A stretch of 64,000 bases of DNA from Balanoglossus misakiensis. Its lineage: Eukaryota; Animalia; Hemichordata. A program made the position numbers and the translations under genes. This document shows positions 51,285 to 63,295 of the stretch, in pieces (positions within the stretch are counted from its first letter, which is position 1; each line of letters begins with the position of its first letter). The DNA is taken from positions 2,821,344 through 2,885,343 of the forward strand of contig CM082584.2 in NCBI GenBank assembly GCA_040954595.2, written 5' to 3'. Below the pieces are notes generated by a model. The model searched no databases. It saw nothing but the letters and a program-made list of their open reading frames with translations, and had not been told where the DNA came from.

Positions 51285-52223
51285 CTATGCTCGGTGGCTT
51301 TCTTCAGAAATGTCTCTATGCGCGCGACTGTCTTCGTCGTAGGTGTATACATTCTTACCATGTTCGGTGGTGACAATAAGTTTGTCATAACTCAATCTTG
51401 CTTTCGCCGTCCCGTCCAGAGTGAGAACTTCTCGCCTCTTGACCAACAACTTGTTCCGGATTGTCCTCATTCTTGGTGAGAAGTCTTCGTCTATACTGAT
51501 CGACGTCCCTTTCAGTTTGTAGGCACTGCGTAGTACAAGATCCTTGTCTTTAAAGAACGAGAACATGGCAACAATCAAGGGTGCTCCACGGACTGAGGTA
51601 CCTGCAATTCTATGCACTCGTTCGAATATTATGTCCTTGGCTATGCCTAGTTTGTCTTTGATCAGATCTTTCACAATATTCTCGGAGGTCTCCCAATCTT
51701 CGCGGGTGTCTTCTTGAGCAATGCCTCGGAATACAAGATTACATCTCCGGCTTCTATTGTCTCTGTCATCTCCTTGCTTTCGTAGTGTTTTTACTTCCTT
51801 CTTTAGTTCTTTAAACTCGTCCGTACATTCCTTAATTCCATCCAGTGAGTGTTCAACAGCATCAATTCGCTGCGCATTTGCAACTGTGGTCTCACGTATG
51901 GCATGTAGCGTGTCTTCAATATTATCCATGCGAGTTTCTAAGGCAGCGAAACGGCGTTTCAGTTCTTTGGAGTCGTTTTTTAGTTCAGATAATGAACTTA
52001 TAATTGTATCTACGTCACTTCTTGTAATTTGTGACCGAGTATCAGGTCCGGGGTTTAGTTCTACGTTGCCACTCATGAACAATAGCATAAGAATGAGCCG
52101 GAGAGACGTGGCCGGTCCTGCGTAATTAGTATGCAGAAGTAAGACAAAAGGACTCCATGTTGTTTTCTGAGCACCAGTAAAGCCACCAATTCTTGCTCGA
52201 TAAGCCTCCAACGAGATGCCCAT
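51285..52223 (-). CDS. LINE ORF1 (2A-like peptide, coiled coil, L1/Transposase_22-like RRM region)
   Basis: MGISLEAYRARIG..., LLFMSGNVELNPGP, heptad-rich segment, RSRRCNLVFRGI, FERVHRI, IDEDFS. Confidence 0.88.
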   Translation of the reverse strand: MGISLEAYRARIGGFTGAQKTTWSPFVLLLHTNYAGPATSLRLILMLLFMSGNVELNPGPDTRSQITRSDVDTIISSLSELKNDSKELKRRFAALETRMDNIEDTLHAIRETTVANAQRIDAVEHSLDGIKECTDEFKELKKEVKTLRKQGDDRDNRSRRCNLVFRGIAQEDTREDWETSENIVKDLIKDKLGIAKDIIFERVHRIAGTSVRGAPLIVAMFSFFKDKDLVLRSAYKLKGTSISIDEDFSPRMRTIRNKLLVKRREVLTLDGTAKARLSYDKLIVTTEHGKNVYTYDEDSRAHRDISEESHRA

Positions 52224-52777
52224 GATTGAGGCAGTTCCGTGAGACGTATGACAAAGTACTTACAAAAGTCCAGAAGAAGTTTGGGTGGTAAAGACTGTTT
52301 TCAACCGGACAAAAACTTCGTGCAGAACAGGATCTAATTTACTAAGTTGTCCACTATCAAAAAGATATGAAATTTTACCCAAGTAAACTGATATGCAAAT
52401 TAAACAGGAATACCGGGGGTAGTACTCTTGATTAGTGCCCAGGATCTAGTCCAACTTCAGTTCATTCAGTTCATTAGAATGGTTGAAATTCATATTAACT
52501 GAAGATTAAAATTGAAACCTTTAAAAAAATTGACTTTGACAATGGTGGTAAACTATTTTGTGGTCCTAGTTAACATTCTTATATATTACAGACAGGAAAA
52601 AAGATTGTGGACACAACCCTTCCTGATACACTCACTGTTATGAACTATGATGCAAGTGTAGTCAATTTATACATGCATTTCATATTAGGGGACACATGAA
52701 TGGATGTGGTACTCTGTATTAAACATGAAAATTGTAACACACATGTCAGATATTCCATCTATTACGGGCAGTATTAA

Positions 52778-53126
52778 AGGTACACAGTCTCTCTCACACT
52801 GCCCTTTTTCCATTAATTATGTTTGATACAAGACACTGTTCATGTTATTCTACATGTGGATATATAGTGAATCAACATGCAATGACACACAACTTCCATC
52901 CCGTTTGTAGGATATGAGAGTAAAAATCCTGCCAAAATGAATAAATGGTAAACACCGATAATTCATTTTGGCGAGTTTTCACTATTGTGTCTACAAGTTG
53001 GATGAAAGGTGTGTGTGGTCAAACGTTGATTTTTGACTATATATCCACATGTAGAATAACATAAACGGTGTCTTGTATCAAATATAATTAATGGAAAAAG
53101 GGTAGCGAGAGAAAGACTTTGTCCCT
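52778..53126. mobile_element. Kolobok-like palindromic MITE
   Basis: TTAA|AGGTACACAGTCTCTC...GAAAGACTTTGTCCCT|TTAA. The right TTAA supplies the transposase stop codon on the minus strand. Confidence 0.9.
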
Positions 53127-54800
53127 TTAATTATGCATTGAAACAAGCGGAGTGTATTTAACAGGTCTTTTCCGCTTTGACTTGTATTTTCGGAGACGCC
53201 TGTCATCCTTACTGTAAAACAATGGCCCTTTCAAATTACACAAAGCTGCAACCAGTTGTACTATCATTGATGAAACATTTTGAAGACTACAGGGAATGTG
53301 ATGTTTAAGGATACGCCAACATTTGACTCGCTGGATCGCACGTTCAACGTGAATGCGTAAAGAAGCAATCTTTCTTGTTCTTTTTATCTCTTTAACATTT
53401 AACCTTTTCTTTTTTCCATTATACCACTTTCTTGTGAAAGGGGGTGCAATCAAAACAGCGTCACGCTTTAAAAGCAGATCCTCAATTTGAAAACCCCTGT
53501 CCGCCATTACTGCATCTTCAGCATCAATTTTTTCAATCAATCCACTATGTTCAGTTATATATTTATCTGAAACATTACCTGACCATAAATCACTTACAAA
53601 GGTAAAAGCTCCAAATGGTGCAATCCCAAACAAACATTTGTATGTATTGTGGCTCTTATACTGTGAATAAGTTTTGTATTGTTCTTTCTTATTCCTGGGT
53701 CTATCTACAAAAAATTCAGCGCAGTCCAATATCACTCGTGTGTGTGTGGAAAATCCTTTCTAAAATCTAATGGCATCCAACCACGAGTCTGTTCCTGAGA
53801 TGGCCATATCAAGAGTGCTGGAACAAGGTTTGGTGCAAGTAAGATATCCATGTTATTGTCACTTTGGATACAGTTGAAGTGCTAACATGAAACAAATCAG
53901 CCAAAATGAGCAGAGGCAGGTTTAATCTAATACGCATCAAACACATGATGAACTGGAAGAATGGCTGCAATTCTTGCCGCCGACCTGGACGCCGACCACC
54001 AGTTTTTTCATACTTCTTTTCTTTTGCACTGTCTGAGGTACTCCAAAACTTCATACGGTCAACACCAAATTTGACTGAGTTGTAAATACCTGCAGCAGTA
54101 TAAAAAAACAGAAACACACATATTCAACAACATATCCACAGCAGTACTTATAGTTATACCTGTATATTGAATTCATCCAATAAAAGTATATGTTGATTTG
54201 TTTGTTTGTTTACACAGATGAAGTATTACTGAGCAGTACATTTTGCATTGTCTATGATTGTTACATGTTACAGGGGAAGTGCCATAATCATGTGCATTTC
54301 CAAGATAGGGATAACACTAGTAAGTACTAAATCAAGTGGGTAGAAATAGTTCCCTTTAAAATAAGAACACTGAAGGCATAAGTTATACATACCATCAAGA
54401 ACACATCTTGACTGGATTCCAGTATAGAAGTTGACTCTCTCATCAGTTTTTGTAATGACATCAACAATGCGCTTTCCTGGTGGTATTGGTTTAACAAAAC
54501 ATTCCATTTCACGGATGTCTTCCATAGTCAGATCGGTCTGGGTGGCCATGTCGGAAAGGTTTGGAGAAGCAGTATGTATATAATCATGATCAGTGGGCTG
54601 AGGCATACCAATCCAGCACTGAACCAAAGGCTCCATATCTGTAAAGAAAATTTTAATGTCAAAAATATTTCATCACATTTATCACCATCCTTGGACAAAG
54701 GCTGAGCTAACTGTAAAAACCATTCTAGTTTTACCTACTTTCCCATCAAAGCAGGGGAATTTCAAAAAATGCATGTGCATTTGCCAATTCTGTTCAGTGC

Positions 54801-57444
54801 TAGCCTGGTATCCATACCCCAGTGTGTTTTAGATCAGTCAGATCGCACGGTGCTCATTTGCATATGAAAGTTCGTCAAGCCAGCGACCGTTAATTTTCAA
54901 ACAGACGGCAATAGGCCAGTTTTCAAGGTGATTTTCAACTTGATTTTTACACTCCGTGGTACAATAAAATACCATGCTAGCTCGATAAATTTCGAAAGTG
55001 ATTCCTATTTTGCACTGCAGACGTAAATTTTATGAGAATCTGTCGGTAATAGTAGTAGTTTTTAGCGTGTTTTCGGTGGTATGTTGGTGACCTCGGAAGA
55101 GACGTCCACAAACGTGCCAAAAATCATTTGAAGACGACCTCGGAAGTTAACCAAGTTTTCGTGACAGATAGGTCTAATATCGGTCCCAACATCCGTGAAA
55201 AGAAATTAACTCGAAATGCGGTCAGCTTAAAAATAATCGATGTAGTTCGACGATATGACCCGGAAGTCCTTCAATGTTTCTAAATGTTCATCTATGCACA
55301 TAGGCTACAATACCCTGCTCATACATATAATATGAATAACACTCCACTCAAGCACTCCAGTGAAGAAAAGGACCTTGGTGTTATAATCCACTCAAGTTTA
55401 AAGCCATCACAACAATGTCTTCAAGCTGCAAAGAAAGCCAATAGCATGTTGGGACTAATCAAGAGAACAATGACTCTTAAATCAAAAGAAATCATCTTGC
55501 GTTTATATAAACAACTCGTTAGACCACGCTTGGAATATTCCATCCAAGCATGGTCCCCCTGGCTCCAAAAAGACATTATTCATCTTGAAAAAATCCAATG
55601 TCGTGCCACCAAACTGATCCCAGAACTGCGGAACTTAAACTATCACCAGAGATTAAACCAGTTAGGACTGACAACTTTAACTGAGAGAAGAACCAGAGGC
55701 GACATGATAGAGATTTTTAAAATAATGAACAGCTACGACAACATCAACTTATCACTCAAACTAGCCATCTCATCGGTAACACGTGGACACAACTTCAAGC
55801 TTATTAAGCCAACTGTCAAATTAGATACCAGGAAATACTTCTTTGTATCCAGGATTGTGGACAAATGGAATAGCCTGCCTGCCACCGTTGTTAATGCCAA
55901 TTCAGTGAATGCCTTCAAACATCAATACGACCGCCTACACAATGGTCCTAAAGGGATGTAATTATCCTAACCGGATATCTTATCCCTCAATCAAACTGAA
56001 CTGAACTGAACTATAGGCCCTACGTTGACCTCTCCATGTTAGGCTTGTAAATACGGAAGTGTTGCGTTGCTCGTGAAACGACACGTTTATTGTGGGGAAA
56101 ACAGTTTCTAAAAGACATTTGTCAAGTAAAAGTTACTGGATAGTGTATAACACTCTAAGGTAACATATCAGCCAAGTTTTAACTTAATTACTGGCCTGAT
56201 TTCGACACAACATCGATCAATCGCACGAGTGCCGCGCCCGGGTGCTCCACGCCGTTCGCCTACATTGGGCTACAAACAAATATTTGATTACCCATGCACA
56301 GAATGCCAGGTTTACCGTACGTGAGGAGCTCAGCTGACGTATTTTGTATATATTTTTTTCTCCGCATCGTGGGATATAAGTAAACTTTTCGAAAATGCCA
56401 AGTGTAACTTCGAAACCACTTCCCTATATTCGCCGATGATATATGCAATAAATACAACATTTGTGTCTGAAGGCGAGCGATTTGTCATCATTGCATTGGG
56501 TCGATAAATAATAATAATAGTAATTTATTTATTAAACAGTGTTCAAAATACTACTACAAAATACAGGATAAAGAGTTAAAAATACAACAAAATACGGAAT
56601 AAATTGTCAACTCAGACAGCTAAAATAAAACAGTCAACTGCAACACCACCACCACAAAAATCAGTCTTCATCAATCTGAGAGAACAATAAAATTAAAAAA
56701 GTGAGTTTCCTTGACGGGCAAACCTTCATAAAATAATTGTTAGGGTTTAGTAAAACTCGGGATTACATATCAGCAATCAAAATTTCTTCGCACGAGAGAG
56801 GAGGGAAAACTACGCAGCTGGTACAACCCAGGATCAAGCCTGCGCCAGCGTGTATACGTACACATGCATGCTGTCTTCTCCCGCCATTTTGCAGAAGAAG
56901 TGGCGCTCACGGGTTGAAAAGTAAACAAAATGGCGCTCACAGGTTGAAACGTAAACAAAATTGAACTGGTCATATTGTCACTATCAAAGCTTGGAAGTGA
57001 ATGAAAACTCAAAGAGAGGGAGTTTGATGTCTATATTTTGATAAAAGTTTGAAATTTCGTGGTAAAATCCATGTGTAACGGTCAGCTTAAAAATAATCGA
57101 GAGGATGTCAACGCTATGTGTTTTTTCACAGTCGTCAGAAATTTCGTGATTACAAAGAAACTACTCGACAGAAGTTGCCAAAAAATCATTCAGTAACAAT
57201 CCAGTATACCTACCTTCAAGTGAATCCACGGTTTTGTCTTAAAATAATCCACATCGCCTGAAAACAGCCCTATAATATCGAGTAAAAAAAATGGCCTATT
57301 TCGCGACCCGTCAGCGGGGCCCACTCTAACGGCTACATAGTTTGAAGTACTTTCCTCATTTACATATGTTAATGAGTACCGTGCGATCTGACTGAGATAG
57401 TAGTGTGTGAATCTAAAACACACAGTGGTCTAGATACCAGGCTA
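54801..57444. mobile_element. Non-autonomous TIR element with TAG...CTA termini (Academ-like)
   Basis: TAGCCTGGTATC..AGTGTGTTTTAGAT.CAGTCAGATCGCACGGTGCTCATT at the left matches AATGAGTACCGTGCGATCTGACTG...ATCTAAAACACACAG...GATACCAGGCTA at the right. It sits in a transposase intron. Confidence 0.75.
55306..56013 (+). mobile_element. 5'-truncated CR1-clade LINE 3' fragment
   Basis: EEKDLGV, AAKKANSMLGLIKR, RPRLEY..QAWSP, RTRGDMIE and TRGHNFKL; (AACTG)n tail at 55994-56013; possible ATAGGC TSD (55300 and 56014). Confidence 0.85.
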
Positions 57445-59751
57445 CATTGTATTTGCAAGCACTGGAGGAAAAAACTCGTCTAATAATATGCATATAGGTT
57501 TCAGCTTTCAATACCTCTGTGCGATTGAAGCTTGATTCTTTCATGTATATACATGTTAGCAACAGATTAAAGAACAATTCTTTCATTGAAACTCGTAATG
57601 TCTCTCTCTCTGAGTCTGGTACGATCTCTGGCGGCTCCGCTGCTCCATGATCAGATGACCTCGCCTTGTCGAGTTTTTTTCAGGGTCGATGACGAGCGTG
57701 TATTCTTCACTTTCCCCCAGTTGTTCCACTCAAAATATTTAGGATCGCCTTGCGCAAACCCACTTTCATCAAGTTGAAAATTGTCGAAATGTCTGGAGCA
57801 CAGTCGCGATCGCTTGGTGATTTTTAACACGTCCTGTATCTTGTTGCAGCAGTCTTTCCCTTCCCTCCGCACCAGTCTCTTCCATCGAGCTTTTGCATAG
57901 CGATTACGGGGCCATTTGACCCAACGAACTGTCGACATCCATGGATGTCTGTTTAAGTGTTTCAATTTCCTGGAATCCGATCCACATTCTGCCGATTCAC
58001 ACTTGAATACCATCTCTGTCAGACGACAGTCGAAATAACAGCATACAAAACACTAAAATTCAAGATGGCCGCCAAAAAAGTGTCGACCAATCTCCCATGA
58101 TGCATTTCAACTTCCCGTGAATTTGACCGCCTAGCAACAAGTGAAAACCTATTTAAGGCAGCGAGAATTGTGTGAATACCCTCGTTCTTGTCACCTTTTA
58201 TCTAAACATGTACTGAACATACCTTCTTTCTTGTGTTCAGCTTTCAACAAATCAGCCTTGCTTCCAATCAATATCACTTTTGGTTTACTCCCACCCTCAT
58301 CCATATCCTGTGGTATGATTGCCTTAAGGAATGCAAGCCATGATGTCACCTATTAAAGAAAGACATGAAGAAGAATATAAAGTCATCAATCATATTATAT
58401 TCAATCAGTCCCTAAATCTGGATAAAAACAAAAAGAGATAAATGTTTCACAAATATATATACTGTGCCATTCATCTTTACTTTAATTTCATTCACAATAT
58501 TGCACCACCTAATTCACTGATGCACTGCTTAGTAATAAAAAAAATATTGTAATATATGCACTGTGCCCTTTCTGAGTTTCATCTTTACCTTAATTCCATA
58601 ATTGCCCAAAATATTAATATCACTTATCATCAGTAACAAAAAAACAACGACCCACCTCTTGTCTCTGCTGTTGCATAAGTTTTCTTGGTGTCCAAACTAC
58701 ATCCTGCTTGTCCTCAGCCATTTTGAAGACCAATAAAACCACTGCATTCTCGACTCTTAGGAACATATTATGTGTGACATAGTATTCTGTTTGTCCTGCA
58801 AAGTCCCACACACTGAACTTGCCAATCTTGGGTATGGATAATGTGGCTACATCTATGCCGGGTGTTGGTGTGTACTGCATGTTCCCTGGTAAAGGTGCTT
58901 TCTCTTCTGACCGTCGAGTCAATTTTGCTTGCACAAAGTTCTGCATTGTAATATATGAACATAAGTGATGATTTTCTCACAATTTAGAGGTTGTAAACTT
59001 ATAAACGGCAAGCGAGAGTATTTGGTTCCGGATATAAGACCTCCCAGGTGAAACTTAGCATATTTGGCGGGAAATAATCACTGAGCGAGGTGAGGCGTTC
59101 TGTTCTATGTGTCCCATTTCGGTTATTTTTTAGTTATTCACTGTTCAGGGTTCAGGTCTTCTCGTTGAGGATATAAACCACGACTCGGGCCAATCAGCAA
59201 GCTGGATTAATGCCAATCATATTGTAATAATATAAAATATTTGGAGAATTGGTTGGTCAACAAAATATTTACCCTGATTTCCACTGAAATGTAGTCTTCA
59301 TGAAAACTTTAATATTTGCACAAATCCTTCACTCCTTAAAAACAGCAATAATTGGCATTCATAATCAAAGATTTCTACACACCCGCTGCAATGATTCTTT
59401 GAGTGTAGTTTTGCCATTCCCACCGTATCCAGCTAACACAATCTTTGTAGTATTACGTTTGACACCAGGTTGTCTTATGAGTGCTATGAATTCTTTTTGG
59501 CGGGAAAACACCTGTCAGAATTTGAACAGATATGTTATGTGTTATATATATGGGGAATTTTTACACTCAATTTACATGCCTTTCAATTAAACACCATGTC
59601 TTCAAAGAAGTCACATGACATTTTGCTTCAGAAAAGATACTGATAAAAATGCTAGTATCAAAAAATATAATTTACATTGTTAACTACACTATTATGATGT
59701 GCTTATGATGTGGAAGCTATCATTAACACTATAGAAATAATGCATAGTTAA

Positions 59752-60071
59752 AGCCTCATGAGCTGCCAAATTTAACATATTTTTTCCATAACTTCTATTT
59801 GCATAAGTTTGTCATCTCTTTGTGACGCATACCTCGATAGTTGTGTACTCTTTGTGTATATTCAACATTGTTATTTTGCAAAATTTGAATTGAAGTCCGG
59901 ACTAGAATTCATGAGTCAACAATAACAATGGTTGTTACAGAGACAGGCAATATACACAAGTTGAGTATTGGGCATATTAGCATGCAGTTTGGAGAAGAAC
60001 ATGAAATTGCATTTTGTACACAAAAGGAAAAAAATCTGGAAATAAAGCCAAAAGTTATAGGTAATGTCCCT
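59752..60071. mobile_element. TTAA-target MITE (Kolobok-like)
   Basis: TTAA|AGCCTCATGAGCTGCC...GTAATGTCCCT|TTAA; homologous to 3475-3801. Confidence 0.6.
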
Positions 60072-60332
60072 TTAATGCCTTCCTAGCTGGCACAATAGAA
60101 TAAGTATGTAGTTAAAAAATTTATATGACAGTCTGGTTTTATGTTTTCCATGTTATAAATATAGAAGATAAATTCAAATACACTAGTGATATGATATGTT
60201 TTCATAGCCATTTATTATCAACATTACGACGTACCTTATGATGGTTGATCAGGTCTCTTTTGTCATCTCTGTCATACACTGAGTTTATAACTGCCTGTAT
60301 TTTCATTGATGAAAACAGAACATATATGATTG

Positions 60333-60602
60333 ATTATATTATACCAGTATATTGATGGTGTAAATCACGCTATTTTATTGGTCGAGACATGACACGTGAC
60401 TGTGATATATTAGCCATATACCACAGTCATATATCATAGTCAAAGAAAATGCCTTTTTTAAATGTTTTATGCAAAGTTTCAATATACTGGCATAATATAA
60501 TAGCAATAAAACACCCCCAGCCATGGTATACCACTCGATTTTGACCAGTTCACGACATATACGCAGGAGCGGGGGTGGCTGGGGGTGTTTTATTGCTTAA
60601 AT
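60333..60602. mobile_element. Double-hairpin non-autonomous element (Crypton-like)
   Basis: ATTATACCAGTATATTG / CAATATACTGGCATAAT, then AGCAATAAAACACCCCCAGCCA / TGGCTGGGGGTGTTTTATTGCT. Confidence 0.6.
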
Positions 60603-60661
60603 GAACTAGCTGTAAAGTACAGGATTATGACAATTATACCACACCATGCACATTATGGACA

Positions 60662-61642
60662 CTATTTAGAGAATAATGAACACCCCAAAGACCCATAATG
60701 GACGAAAGCACACATTGTGCGTCATAATATACGAGGCGAAGCCGAGTATATTATGGAGCACAATGTGTGCTTAAGTCCATTATGGGTCTTTGGGGCGTTC
60801 ATTATTCTCATTATTTTATAGTTTTGTCAATGCCAGTAAATTTGCAGACTTCAAAAAGTATAGGTGCGAACAATTCAGACTCGGACACGGAGATCGAGAA
60901 CAGAGCAATGGCGTACGCGTAAACAAAAGGTCACCTGATCTCGGTGTATCAGTGTACTGTACATTTCTAGTATCATATTCAAACATCAGGAAATAAATAA
61001 TGAAGGTTTATTAACGCATGTGAAAATTCATTTAAGGGTTCTGCTGAAATATATCTGAAAAAGTTTCGATTTTTGTGTAATCTTGGGGAGGACTCGGGGA
61101 ATATTTGAATTTGTTTGCGTTCTCAGGAAAGTTCACGTATACGGGCGCTCGGAAGGATACAATACATAAACAAACTCGCCCTCGATCGACCCTTCGTACC
61201 GCATAGACAACATGACAGTGACACTTGCGGCATAATTTTTTTTACGTATAGCTTCGTTGACATGACTGCTTGGTACATGGTACACGGTATGTATGGTGAA
61301 CGAATGTCAAATCCAGCATCATCGAGAGGTTTGCTTGCCATGTTGACTGCGCGTGATTCAAGAACAGACGACATGTACTGCAGCCGTGGGAAGACAAAAT
61401 AAACAAAACGCCAGTCGAGGACAGATTTGGAAATTATTAAATAACGCCGTATTTATTCTGTGTACGTTTGCATTTCTTTTTTTAGCCCTCTAAATGTTCG
61501 CATTGTCTGAAAACTTCCGTTATTCAGTCGGAAATTGTACACGTCCACTGGTTCTTGGGTGCGAATAACACGATACATTATCAGTAATAATGTATAGCTA
61601 TGACGTCACAAAATTCACTGGTATTGATAAAGCTATAATATA
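60662..61642. mobile_element. Double-hairpin non-autonomous element (Crypton-like)
   Basis: ~145-bp hairpin at 60668-60810 (GAGAATAATGAAC...GTTCATTATTCTC), followed by TTATAGTTTTGTCAATGCCAGTAAATTT / AAATTCACTGGTATTGATAAAGCTATAA (to ~61638). Confidence 0.6.
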
Positions 61643-63245
61643 ATGTTAAATAATTTTGGTGAAAAATAAATGGATTTAAATATACATGTGTCAGGTGTGA
61701 GTTGCCGGTAAGCTTTATAAAACTGGTCAATGAGCATCTTTTAGAACAACAGAAAGAGCTAATTAGTAAATAACTGAAATACAGCCAAATCTCACAGTCC
61801 AAATTGGCCAGTCAGAGTGACTTTCCTAAATTGGCCTTAATAGACAGGTGGCCTGTATATACAAGTCAATAATTGCCCATGTTAACTGCACAGGGACTGT
61901 AACAAAGTGGCCACTATATAGAGGTGGTCGGTAACTGACACAATTTCACTGTTTTATCAAAAGTGAGTAACCTTGCCCTTTTAAATCTAACTCAATACTT
62001 GCCTGATATACTTTCTCATTGTCAAAATGATATTCCACAAAGGCTCTTGCAATATTGGTGCCTGCACCCCGCCCAGCCTTCTATCCTGCCTCTTGACAAG
62101 GAGTCACTCCGTTCTGAAAATGGATCACAAATTTTCATGCATCAGATGATTGAGGCACGCACACCTATAAGTCAAATTTTAGGTCCTCCCAAACACTGAG
62201 ATAATTTGCTTTTGAGTTCATAAAAATGCAACTTTGAGCTACATATTTTACAAAATTTTCTTATGTGGTAGGGTGACACCCCCTCGCACACCCCTCCCCC
62301 TCCATTCTTCGCCACATATCATTTATTCGCTGGTTTGTCTAGTGTACCACGGCAGACTTCTACCCACCCTACCCCCGATGTTTACTTTGAGTGGAGTGGC
62401 AAAATTAAAATTTGTCCTGCCTAACATTGAGTTAATTTGCTTTAGAGTTCATTCGAATGCAACTTTGAGCACCGTATTTTACAAAATTTTCTTAAATTTT
62501 CTATTGTATTGACTTGTCATTTTATTTTGTTCATATATTTTTTTTTGCAACGATATACTATTATATATACTTCAATTACTTTAAGAAATTTATAATTGAG
62601 GTGTGAGCCTCATTCCCTTTATTGCATACAGTGTACAAAGGATCAGCACGGCGAATGTTTTCAGCAGGGGGGGGGTCATCATATTTTGGGTCTGTCAAAG
62701 GGGGGGGGTCATCATTTGTTGGTCCTGGGTGAAGGGGGGTCGGCCTGATTTTGAAAATCGATGACCCAAACTTGCCCCCCCCCCAGCCGTAAAAACAGTC
62801 CCTAACGTGTGTATTCGATGCGAGCTGGAAGTCAAATGAACGGTTACTCCCGTTGGAACACCCATTCAAAATATGCAAATTAGGAAAAGACGCATATGCA
62901 TTCTTTTCATCCCCAGAGACACACGCAGGAAATCAAGCAAGTGCGGCCACTAGCTGGAAGAGCTGAATTCAATGCATTGCCTTGTGATGTTCATGATACA
63001 GGGGGTGATGATCAATGAATAGAACAACAATTGATTGATTAACAAAGAAAGAAAGAAAGGAATGCAAATCGTTTCCACACCTGTATAACACCTGACCCGA
63101 CAGAGTGAGCAGTTTTGATTCAAAGGAAAATGACAAAATTATATGACATATGCTGCAAAATGCAAAGGGGTCTCTTTTCTGTAAGTCATGAAGGAAGAGC
63201 ATGAGAACAATGTCACAAAAATTGAAATGAAATGTGTTTTTTTAT

Positions 63246-63295
63246 ACAAACAAACAAACAAACAAACAAACAAACAAACAAACAAACAAACAAAT
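63246..63295. repeat. (AAAC)n microsatellite
   Basis: About 12 tandem AAAC units. Confidence 0.95.

Larger units (their letters stand above)
47722..52330 (-). mobile_element. Near full-length non-LTR retrotransposon (APE-RT; RTEX/L2-CR1-like group)
   Basis: ORF1 and ORF2 both open; 3' end AATAAATCATATCAT at ~47736-47722; 5' boundary approximate. Confidence 0.9.
53127..58013 (-). pseudogene. THAP-HTH-DDE_Tnp_4 transposase (ISL2EU/Harbinger-like), frameshifted
   Basis: THAP exon 58013-~57515 (CESAEC...WP...W...LCSRHF); exon 54638-54392 (DHDY, VNFYTG); exon 54089-53127 (LADLFHVSTSTVS HTH; ILDCAE, YSQYKSHNT, GNVSD, MADRGF, RIHVERAIQRVK). Frameshifts near 57650 and 53740-53810. Confidence 0.9.
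45700..58150. mobile_element. ISL2EU/Harbinger-group DNA transposon (left end missing), heavily nested
   Basis: Minus-strand THAP + DDE_Tnp_4 transposase converging on a plus-strand SWIM-finger gene fragment, the ISL2EU gene layout. Candidate right terminus GTGAAAACCT|AT at 58150. Confidence 0.7.

Noticed and set aside
48011-52125. Antisense and alternative-frame ORFs overlapping the LINE
   Set aside because: Shadow ORFs with no recognisable motifs.
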